From Leucoraja erinacea (lineage: Eukaryota): a stretch of DNA of 64,000 nucleotides. Below the pieces are notes generated by a model. It searched no databases. It saw only the letters and a program-made list of their open reading frames with translations, and was not told the DNA's origin. Below, one piece after another: positions 24,976 to 35,293 of this stretch. Every line of letters starts with the position of its first letter. Position 1 is the stretch's first letter. The stretch is taken from the NCBI RefSeq assembly GCF_028641065.1, contig NC_073387.1:32922001-32986000 (forward strand), given 5' to 3'. Made by a program: the position numbers and the translations under genes.

Positions 24976-26116
24976 CAGGTGCACAACCTTTTATCCGAAA
25001 TTCCGGAAACCGAAAAGCTCTGAAAACCGGACAATTTTTCCAGGATGTCGTCTGCACACCAAAGCTCGCGTTTGGCGCCAAACTTGACACGAAACGACCC
25101 ACGGTCAACCCAGGTCTGTACTACTGTAGTGGCTGCCTCCTCCCCGGAGACCGGGGAGACACTTAAACATCTGTAAATCATTGCTTAATGTTAGTCAGTT
25201 AGTTTGGAGGGCTTTATGTGAGGGGGGGGGGGGGGGGGGGGGGTGAAGGGGGAAACTTTAATTCTTAGTCCCCTACCTGGTCTGAGAGGCGGGGAGCGGT
25301 CAATGCCTTACCGGGTCGCCGTGCAGTAAGCTCCGGAGCGCTGTGGCCGCCGACTCCCAACATCGCGGAGCTGGGGCTGCGGGCCGTCCGGCCGCGGGCG
25401 GCGCCGGTTGTAGCTCCGACCCCGGCAACTCTACCCCTGGCTGCGCGGCGCTCCAAATCCAGCGCCCCCCGCGGCCGGACGCCCTCAGCCCCAGCTCCGC
25501 GATGTTGGGAGTCGGTGGCCACAGCGCCACAGCTTACCGCACGGCAACCCGGTAAGGTATTGCCCGCTCCCCGCTGGTATCCCTGCACTGCGCCGCCGCC
25601 GACTCCCAACATCGCGGAGCTGGGGCTGTGGGCGTCCGGTCGCGGGCGGCGCTGGATTTGGATTTGGAGGGCCGCGCAGCCAGGGGTAGAGTTGCCGGGG
25701 TCGGAGCTACAACCGGCGCCGCCCGCGGCCGGACGCCCGCAGCCCCAGCTCCGTGATGTTGGGAATCGGCGGCCACAGCGCTCCGGAGCTTACTGCACGG
25801 CAACCCGATAAGGCATTGCCTGCTCCCTGCCTCTCCGACCAGGTAGGGGACTAAGAATTAAAGTTTCCCCCTTCACCCCCCCCCCCCCCCACATAAAATC
25901 TCTCCAAACTAACTGACTAACATTTAAGCAATGATTTACAATGATTCCCCGGTCTCCGGGGAGGAGGCAGCCGCTTCAGACTTTTCAAGCCGCCTGCACT
26001 ACCTACCTACGCCTGCACTAATCTACGCTAAAAATCTTCCATTCCGAAATCCGAAAAATTCCGAAATCCGAGAAGTGTCTGGTCCCAAGGCTTTCGGATA
26101 AATGGTTGTGTACCTG
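24976..26116. mobile_element. Pogo/Tigger-like MITE, 1.14 kb, inserted in L1 ORF2
   Basis: Same TIRs as 3630-4928 with TA duplication (24974-75, 26117-18). Removing it restores L1 QFYHNLYTIKINTD. Confidence 0.9.
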
Positions 26117-27223
26117 TATATAAATTATGATAAAATTGGGCAAACCTCTTATTAATATCCTTTGGTAGTGTTAGAAGCTCACCCTTATCCGATTTAATTT
26201 TAGTGATAGTATTTCCTTTTCTTGTTGCTTCAGTTGCCTCGCAAGTAATTTATGTGGCTTATCCCCAAATTCGAAGTGTGCCTGTTTTGTAATTTGGAAT
26301 AGTCTTATTACTCTTGCCGATAATATTCTATTGAGTTTATATTTCAATAAGGTTATCTTATTATGTTTATCTATGGTTGGGTCCGTTGCATTGTCCAATT
26401 CTAGTAATTTTATTTCCTGTTCTATCCGCTGAAGTTCTCTTTTATTTTCTTTATTTTGAAAACTTTGATAAGAGATTATAGCGCCGCGAATGTATGCCTT
26501 AAAGGTTTCCCATAATAGCGATACAGAAATACCCGGCGTCTCATTTATTTCGAAAAAAAAATTTGTTTGTTCTTTTATATACTCATAACCCTGAGGGTTA
26601 TTTAATATTTGTGCGTTGAATCCAAAAAGATTTTATATCCGGCATTCCCTCAATTTTAAGTATAAAAGTCAATGGTGAATGATCGGAAATTATACTATTA
26701 TGGTATGATGGTTTATTCGTATACGGGATTAATTTTGTATCCAATAAGAAATAGTCAATTCGTGAATAACTTTTATGAACCGATGAGTAAAATGAATATT
26801 CCCTTCCACTTGGGTTTGCTATTCTCCAAACATCAGTTATGTTATTATATTTTATATAAGTATTTAAAAATTCACAGGTCTTAGTTTTAACAAGACGCTT
26901 CCTTACCTTTATTGATTTATCTAAATATGGTTCTATAACACAATTAAAATCTCCCCCATTATTATATTTTGATAATTATGTTCTGCAATTATATCTACTA
27001 TTTTCTTAAAAAATTGTGGGTTATCAAAATTAGGCGCGTAGATATTTATCATAGTTATGGTGTATTATAAATTTCTCCCGTGACTATAACGTATTTTCCC
27101 TCTTTATCAGATATGGATTTCTTTAATTTAAAAGGTATACCTTTCCGAATTATAATGGCCGTGCCTCTTGCCTAGAGGTGAATGCGGAGTAGTAGGTTTG
27201 ACCTATCCAGTTTGCCCTTAATC

Positions 27224-28082
27224 AAGATTCAAGATTCAAGATTCAATTTAATTGTCATTTGGACCCCTTGAGGTCCAAACGAAATGCCGTTTCTGCAGCC
27301 ATACATTACAAACAAATAGACTCAAGGCACAACATAATTTACATAAACATCCATCACATCGCTGTGATGGAAGGCCAAAAAAACTTATCTCTCCACTGCA
27401 CTCTCCCTCCCCCGATGTCAGGCCCAAAGTCAAAGCCCCCGACTGGCGATGGCGATTGTCCCGCGGCCATTAAAGCCACTCCGGGTGATGCAAGGTCGCA
27501 CACCGGGTCTTGATGTTGGAGCCCCCGGCTGCGCTCGCACAGTCCCGCGGCCATTTGCGGCGCGGGGCTTTGTGTCAGGCCCCGCTCCAGGAGCTTTCGC
27601 CCCGCAACTCGGGCGGGAGAAGTCGCCGTTGCAGGAGCCCTGAAAAAATGTCACTAGGGAAACAGTCGGGCTAACAATGCCTGCCGTTTGCCACATGGCA
27701 GTTGCAGCCTCCAAATCTCAAAAGGTCGGACCGCAAAGCAGCAGAGACAATGCACCGCTGTCAGTTGAAATCGGCCAGCTCCGCGACGGTGAGGTGAGTG
27801 ATCTGTCGGCAGAGAGTGCCCCGGTCTTCTAACTTTATGTTGGAGGCCGCTCCTCCCTTCTTTGCAGCCCCAACGACAATGGAGACCCGACAGAAAAGGT
27901 CGGGTCTCCCATGCAGGGAGAGATTTAAAAGTTACCCCCTCCCTCCCCCACCCACCCCCACCCTCACACACACACCCCAACAACAAAAAATAACAAAAAA
28001 CTACATAGAAACATAGACAAAAAATAATAACAACGCGGACGGGCTGCAGAGGCCGCTGCTGACGAGAGTCGCGCCGCCTACC
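27224..28082 (-). mobile_element. Non-autonomous retroelement (~860 bp) with (TTGAATC)n tail, inserted in the L1 endonuclease
   Basis: Short TSD (c.taatc). Removing it restores L1 QTQIRLRANWIGQTYY. A related copy lies at 57085-57600 and a related head at 19160-19330. Confidence 0.75.
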
Positions 28083-29199
28083 TAATCTGATCTGAGTTTG
28101 TTGTTTCAAATGCGATTCTTGTAGGAAAGCAATAGCCATATTTGGCTGATTTTAGATCTTGCCAATGAATTTTAACCCTCTTAAAATGGCTCATTCGCAC
28201 CTCTGATGTTTTGAGAGAGCACTTTCAAAAGTGAGACTGGCCGGCTGTCCTTTCGACTATCATTTTTTAATATGCAAATGCAATTTGGAACAAATATTGC
28301 TATTTTGTGACTTTATTGTGTATCTGTCCAGTGGTACCATAATATCAGCATTACATTTTAAGTGGAACTGACATTTCAGAACTAGGTTTGCGGCTTCACA
28401 TGCTTTGTGGACACAGCAGGAATTTGCTTCAGTAAGTAGGAATTTCCATTGTTACAAAATGTCACTAGTAAACAGTCCAGCCTAACAATGCCTGGTTTTG
28501 TTTGCACATGGTGGTTACATAGAAACATTTCAAAAGGAGGACAGGAAAAGGCAGAGACAATGCAAGCTGTCAGTTGAAATTGGCCATGGCCTTTTGCTTC
28601 TATTTCGTATGCTGATCTGTTCTGAAGAGAGTGCTTCCTGAATCTTTCTAACTTTATGCTCTCATAGCCTGTATTGATAACTCCCACCCTTCTATCTTAC
28701 TTAAATAGCAAATCTTCCTCTGCCTGATTTTAATCCTATTTTAATTATAAAGATTTAAATGATGTTCCTTTATTTAACTTCACAACTGTCTCAGGATATT
28801 GATGATGGACCTTCATTGATCCGAGAATTTCAGCCCTCAATTTTTGTTCCTACTAACTTTGCTTGTTGTATACGTGCCTGGAATCACGTCAGTCCAAATT
28901 GCAGCTTGTTACATTTGTCAATATTGAATGTTGTATCACATAAACAAGCCAAAGCATTCTCCTGTTGGCTCAACTCAGATCTTTGATAATGACAATCAAC
29001 AACAGGCTTAAAATGGATTTATCTTTCCTCGGTTCTTTTGAGAGATCACTTTCAAAGCTGCCTGGCTTGCTGTCCTTTCAGCTTTCATTTTTTTATTTGG
29101 ATCCATGTGGATCCAATATTGCTATTTTGCGATTCAGCTTAATATTTGTATCTGTCTGCCAGTCCCATAATAGGCAGCTTTGCTAAACTTTTAAAGTGG

Positions 29200-29650
29200 T
29201 ACCTTATGAAAAGTACGACCTTAAGTACGACATTATGAAAATGATACGACCTTGGTAAGGCCATCAAAAAGGCCAAAAGTTCTTAAGGGCTTGGACAGCT
29301 GAATGATGAGAGGAAGATGTTCCCGATGTGGGGGAAGTGAATGCCACAAGGGGTCAAGGCAAAATCAGGGGAAATCCTTTCAGCAAACCGAGATGAGGGA
29401 CAAGGTCAATTTCTACATGCAGAATAGGGAGAACACTGAACTCTCTTCCCAGAGGGTAGTTTCGCCATTCAGTCACTAATTTAGAGGCCGACGTTAGATG
29501 ATCCTTCAGGCCAGGTGATCAGTCGGGTAAGCACCTGGAGGCTGGTACGGGTATACCCTTGGTGATGAAAAACCTGTGCAGACCAACTGGCGGTAGTTTT
29601 TAAGGGCCGATTTTCTACTCCTGCACCTAATTTCTATGTTTCTATGTTCA
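29200..29650 (+). mobile_element. CR1 3' end, scrambled
   Basis: KGLD, MFPM.G remnants and the (ctatgttt)n tail. Confidence 0.6.
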
Positions 29651-29654
29651 ATAT

Positions 29655-31029
29655 ACAAGTGCTCAAGAAGAGCAAGGTGATGCGCCTCAATGACTATCGA
29701 CCAGTGGCACTAACGATGTGGTGATGAAGTGCTTTGAGAGGTTGATTATGCGCATATCAACTCCTACCTCGATAAGAACCTCGACCCACTGCAGTTCGCT
29801 TACCGCCACAACAGGTCAACGGTGGATACAATCTCATTGGCTCTCTACTCCGCTCTGGACCACTTGGACAACAAAAACTCAGGCTGTTATTCTTAGACTA
29901 CAGCTCGGCGTTTAATATCATCATCCCCTACAAGCTGGTTACCAAGCTCTCAGATCTGGGTCTCTGCGCATATCTCTGCAATTGGATCCTTGACTTCCTC
30001 ATCCATAGACCACAGTATGTCCGTTTTGGTGGAAATGTGTAATCCCCGTTAACAATCAGCACGGGAGCACCTCAAGGCTGCGTGTTCAGCCCCTTGCTGT
30101 ACTCATGACTGCATAGCCGGACATAGTGAGAACTCCATCATCAAGTTCGCCAATGACACCACTGTTGTGGGATGAATCACTGATGGTGATGAGTCAGAGT
30201 ACAGAAGTGAGATCGACCAATTGACCAAATGGTGCCAGCACAACAACCTGGCTCTCAACACCAGCAAAACCAAGGAACTGATTGTGGACTTTGAAAACGG
30301 TAGGACAGGGACCCACAATCCCGCCTATATCAACGGGACGATGGTGGAAAGGGTCAAGAACTTCAAATTCCTGGGCGTGCGTATTTCTGAAGATCTTTCC
30401 TGGTTTTAGCAAACTGATGCAATCATAAAGAAGGCACATCAATCCCTCTACTTCCTTAGAAGATTACGGAGTGTTGGTATGTCAAGGAGGACCCTCTCGA
30501 ACTTCTACAGGTGCACAGTAGAGAGCATGCTGACCGGTTGCATCGTGGCTTGGTTTGGTAACTTGAAAGTCCAGGAGCGGAAAAGATTGCAGAAAATTGT
30601 GACCATTGCCCAGTCCCTCATCGGCTCTGACCTCCCCACCATCAAAGGGATCTATCGCAGTCGCTGCCTCAAAAAGGCTGTAAAACATCATCAAATACCT
30701 ACACCATACTGGCCACACACTTATCTCTCCGTTGCCATCGGGAAGCAGGTACAGGAGCTTGAAATATGGAACATCCAGGTTCAGGAACAGCCACTTCCCC
30801 ACAGCCATCAGGCTATTAAACACGCCATCAAACAAACTCTGAACAATAACAGCCTATTGCACTTTATCTGTTTATTTATTGTGTATATATATGGTCTATG
30901 GTATATAGACACACTGAACTTTTATCTCCTGTTCTGTATTATGTTTACATATTCTGTTGTGCTGCAGCAAGCAAGAATTTCATTTTTCTATCTGGGACAC
31001 ATGACAATAAAACTCTCTTGACTCTTGAC
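29655..31029 (+). mobile_element. Rex-Babar (Rex1-like) LINE, 5'-truncated
   Basis: LNDYRPVAL, VMKCFERL, GAPQGCV.SP, SIIKFA.DTTVVG, WCQHNNLALNTSKTKEL, NFYRCTVESMLTGCIVAWFGN; tail ctcttgactcttga. Confidence 0.9.
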
Positions 31030-31625
31030 ACAGGCGACTGCAGATGCTGGAATCTTTAGGTTTTTGGCAGGTGTACTAAGGTACAGTGAAAAGCTTTTGA
31101 TACTTGCTAGCCAATCAGCGGAAAGACAATAAATGATTATAATTGAGCCATGCACAGTGTATTAGAGATTTAAAAGAGTGGAGCGATTGCAATGCGTGAT
31201 TGTAGATCCACCTCTGTGACAAGCACACAAAGAGTCGCATGGCTGTTGGCGCCATTTTGGATCATTGGCACCATCTTGCAAAACACAAAGTGCTGGATTT
31301 ACTCTATGGATCAGCAGCCTCTGCTGAGTCTGAGTCTCAACCTGAAACGTTGCCCATCCATTTCCTCCAGAGATGCTGCCTGATCCACTGAGTTACTCCA
31401 ACACGTTGGGTTTTTTTTGTAAACCCGCATCTGCAGTTCCTTGTGTCTCTGGTGAAGACAGCATATTGTATATTTGCTTTCATTAACTAGGGTACAGAAT
31501 GTAAGAGCAGGGATGTCATGTTGCAACATAACAAAACATTGGTTCAGTAACAGCTGGAGCACTGTGTGCAATTCTGATTATCACACCACAGGAAGGACAC
31601 AATTGCACTAGAGATTCATCAGGAT

Positions 31626-31822
31626 AGACACAAAAGGCTGGAGTAACTCAGCAGGACAGGCAGCATTTCTGGAGAGAAAGAATGGATGACGTTTCAGTCT
31701 GAAGAAGGGTCTCAACCGAAAGGTCACCCATTCCTTCTCTCCAGAGATGCTGCCTGTCCCACTGAGTTACTCCAGCTTTTTGTGTCTATCTTCGGATTAA
31801 ACCATCTGTAGTTCCTCCTTAC
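31626..31822. mobile_element. Palindromic PLE-derived short element (inverted dimer) with hammerhead-like core at 31699-31727
   Basis: Arms agacacaaaaggctggagtaactcag... / ...ctgagttactccagctttttgtgtct around ctgaagaagggtctcaaccgaaaggtc. Confidence 0.75.
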
Positions 31823-31869
31823 ACAGATTCATCAGTTTCTGTCTAATACCGTCAAATTTGGCCTTGCCC

Positions 31870-33480
31870 CAATTCGGAACTTTAACTAATGGGTCTGTCT
31901 TGACTTTATCCACAAATATTTTAAAGCTAATGGCACAATGGTTGTTGGTCCCAGAAAGCTCGCTCACAGACACTCAGTCACTTGCCCTTCTCAATTTCCT
32001 AAGAGTAATTTCCTAAGATGTCTTTGCCGTCTCTCGTGTAGGGCTCTGTACATATTGCCTGAGGAAACTTTCCTGAACACATATGACAAATTTAACACCG
32101 CCTAAGCGCATGGCACTATGACAGTCCAAGTCTATATTGGGCAGGTTAAAATTCCCCACTAGGACAACATTATTAGTTTTTCAGTTGCCTACAATCACTC
32201 ACCTGGCATATTTGCCCTTCTAAACCCCGTTGACTATTTGGGGGCCTATAGTACACTCCCAACAACGTGATCATTCCATTTTTTAATTCTCAGCTACACC
32301 CACATGGCCTCACAGGATGAACCACTAGTAATGTCATCTCAGACTATTGCCAATGACATTCTCCTTAATCAAAAAGCAACACCCCCTCCGCTATCTCTCC
32401 TGTCGTATCTGTATCCTAGAACATTAAGCTGCCAGTCCTGTCCCTCTCTTAGCCAGGTTTCCATAACGACTACAACGTCCCAGTCACAGGCCCCAAGTTC
32501 ATCCACCTTGCCCATCAGGCCTCTTGCAATAAAATAAATGCTATTCAATCCAATAGTCCTTCCTAAATTCCTGCCGTACTCTTGCCTATTCTGTCCAGTG
32601 AAATGTTTTTCATCACCTTCTATACCGACCTCCAGCCTTTCCCCTGCCTTATGGGCCTGTCCCACTTAGGCGACTGCTCATGGTCGCCACTTGTTCGCGG
32701 GTGGTTGCCGGGGAGTTGCCTTCATGGTCGTGAGAAGTTCCTCCATTCTGGGAACTAGTCGTGGCTTCATTATGGTGGCCGTGAATTTTTTAACATGTTG
32801 AAAAATTAGTGGCGACTAGAATGAAGCTGCCATGGAGAGTAGCGAGAATTCTCGAGCCGTAGGTGGGTTGCCAGGAGGTCCTAGTGGGTTGCCAGGAGGT
32901 CGAAGGTTCTCGGAGGTTCTCGTAGGTTGTAGCCGGTGAATTTCATTGGCTCATTGGGGGGGAAAAAGGTAAGCAGTAGTTTTCAGAACCAAGGATAACC
33001 GATTGGTAACTTTAAATGTCCGCCGAGCTTCACAGCCGTGTATCTCTGGTTTCTTAAAAGTTGGCTCCACTCCTTCTCCCCCATTCTCTCCCCCCCCCCC
33101 CTCAAGGACTTACCGTACACTGTGCTTTAGTCGTCTTTTTACAGAGCCAACCTTCCTGTTCCCCGTGGTGTGTGTCTGTTTCACCTTGGCTTTGCACCAT
33201 GTGAATTTCACTCAGACAGCCCTCCCCCCACTTTCCCTGTCCCCCGCCTGCATAACGGGCTGATGTAGGAAGTGATGTGTTTGTGTGTGTGTTCCACTCT
33301 GACAGTCACCGGAAGTCCACTGAAAAATCACCTGAGTGGGACAGGCTCATTAGTCCTGCATTAGATTTCTCCCCTTTGCCACTTTAAACCTACCCATGTA
33401 GCATTAGAAACCTGCTGGTCAGGATATTGGCTCCCCTTTAGTTCCGATGCAACCAAACCCTCTTATACAGGTCACCTCTG
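31870..33480 (-). mobile_element. CR1 LINE ORF1/endonuclease fragment, split by a Harbinger MITE
   Basis: NSIYFIARGL.GKVDEL..CDWDVVVVMETWLREGQDWQLNV.GY, plus GVYYRPP.S and GNFNLPNID remnants. Confidence 0.7.
32652..33349. mobile_element. PIF/Harbinger-type MITE (~700 bp)
   Basis: TIRs TGGGCCTGTCCCACTTAGGCGA / TCACCTGAGTGGGACAGGCTCA with TTA target duplication on both sides. Confidence 0.8.
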
Positions 33481-33749
33481 CCTTGCTCCTCGGACTTGTT
33501 AAAACAACAACCTTGCTCCCAAAGTTAACATGAGTCAATCGTTGCACAGGGATGAGTAGAGACCCAGGTCTCGGAGTTTGATGATAAAAAGGGATGATGG
33601 TGTTGAATGCTGAGCCGTAGTTTTTATTTTCCCCAAAAGTACATTTTATTGAGAATAAAAAATATATACAAAATAAAAATTGTGAAAAAAACTTTTTATA
33701 CATTCTCATTGTCTCATTCAATAGTGTCATACTCAGTAGTGTTCACACC

Positions 33750-34815
33750 CATGTTAAACAAAACACGATTCATATGGCCCTCCCTGATGCATCTGTAAGA
33801 ATTACATTCTTTGACATCTCTAGCGCTTTTAACACAATTCAGCCTCGACTGCTAGGGGAGAAGATGGAGAAGATGAAGGTGGATCCATTAATGGTACTGT
33901 GGTGTTTGGATTACCTTTTCCTCAGACCACAGTATGTGCGCCTACAGAACAATGTCTCAAGCACCATCATGAGCAGCACAGGGGCTCCACAAGGAACTGT
34001 GCTGGCTCCATTCCTGTTTACCATCTACACAGCGGATTGTCAATATAACACCAACAGCTGCTTTTTGCAGAAATTTTCAGATGACACAGCTGTTGTAGGC
34101 CTCATCAAAGGGGGCAATGAGGAGGAGTATAGAGACACAATTAACAACTTTGTGGAGTGGAGTGCACACAATAATCTCCATCTCAACACCAAAAAAAAAC
34201 GAAGGAGATAGTTGTGTCAGGGGCACTGAGGTGGAGGTGGTCCCAACCACAGGTCAGCTTGACAGTGAGCTGGACTGGAAGAGTCATATGGAGGTGGTGT
34301 ACAGGAGGGACAAAGTAGACTGTATTTAAGGAGGCTAAAGTCATTTAATATCTGTCAACCCCTACTGTGCAGTGTCTACCATTCAGTGGTGGCCAGTGCT
34401 CTGTTTTTTGCTGTGGCCTGTTGGGGAGAAGGCGCCCGAATAGCGGACAAAAACAGACTGGATAAGCTGATCAGGAAGGCCGGCTCAGTGGTTGGGGCAG
34501 AGCAACTAACGGTCAAGCAGGTGGCAGAGGCCAGAACTCTGAAAAAACTAGGCTCAATAATGACCAACCCCACTCACCCACTCCACGCCCTGAAGGTGAT
34601 CAAGTGCAGCATCTTCAGTCAGAGACTGATTGCACAAATGTGCAAAACGGAGAGACATAGGAAGTCTTGTATACCAGCTGCTATAAGGTTTTATAATGCA
34701 CAAAAATTTTAACTTATTATGTATTGAAGATATCTGTTGAAATGTGTGGTGTTATGTCTGTCTTGAAGCTGTTGTGGCACTGTAATTTCCTGTAAAGGAT
34801 TATTAAAGGTTATTC
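33750..34815 (+). mobile_element. Rex-Babar LINE (second subfamily), RT and 3' end
   Basis: VRITFFDISSAFNTIQP, STGAPQGTVLAPFLFTIYT, LQKFSDDTAVVGLI, NPTHPLH, SCIPAAIRFYN. Confidence 0.85.
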
Positions 34816-34895
34816 TATGTTATTCTGGGGTGATATCCCTTCCCTTGTTTGAAGGGATATCACTGGATTCAGCACCTCAATGTTCAGCAGTGTTA

Positions 34896-35100
34896 TGCCC
34901 CTGTCCCACTTAGGAAACCTGAACGGAAACCTCTGGAGACTTTGGGCCCCACCCAAGGTTTCTGTGCAGTTCCCGGAGGTTGCAGGTGGTTGCAGGTAGT
35001 GGAAGCAAGTAGGGAGACTGACAAAAACCTCCGGGAACCTTGGGTGGGGCGCAAAGTCTCCAGAGGTTTCCGTTCAGGTTTCCTAAATGGGACAGGGGCA
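34896..35100. mobile_element. PIF/Harbinger-type MITE (205 bp, long TIRs)
   Basis: ~65-bp near-perfect TIRs TGCCCCTGTCCCACTTAGGAAACCTGAACGG...; flanks TTA / TAA. Confidence 0.85.
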
Positions 35101-35265
35101 TAAGGATCCCAGACTGTGGTCCTCCCCCACAGAGCATTGTGTTATCTACATCAAGCTTCAGTGTGTCCCTCAGCACGTACTCTTGCAGTTTGGAATGGGC
35201 CACTCAGCAACATTCCCTGACGGACATCTCGGTGTGCTTGTAGGCCAACAAATTTCAGGCAGACG
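35101..35265 (-). mobile_element. Tx1-clade LINE ORF2 C-terminal remnant
   Basis: AHSKLQEYVLRDTLKL resembles the C-terminus of vertebrate Tx1-type ORF2. Assignment is from recall. Confidence 0.5.
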
Positions 35266-35293
35266 CAAGATTGTATTTCACCGTGTTGATGAT

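Larger units (their letters stand above)
21921..28230 (-). mobile_element. L1-clade LINE: near-full ORF2 (EN-RT-CCHC), frameshifted, no ORF1; carries nested insertions
   Basis: EN IAFLQESHL (28.1 kb), HFEFGDKPHKLLA, KTPGPDGF, RGNRQGCALSPLLF, KISLYADDILLY, GGLSLPNF, CDKC...HSFIGC. A-rich tail at ~21.92 kb. Confidence 0.92.
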
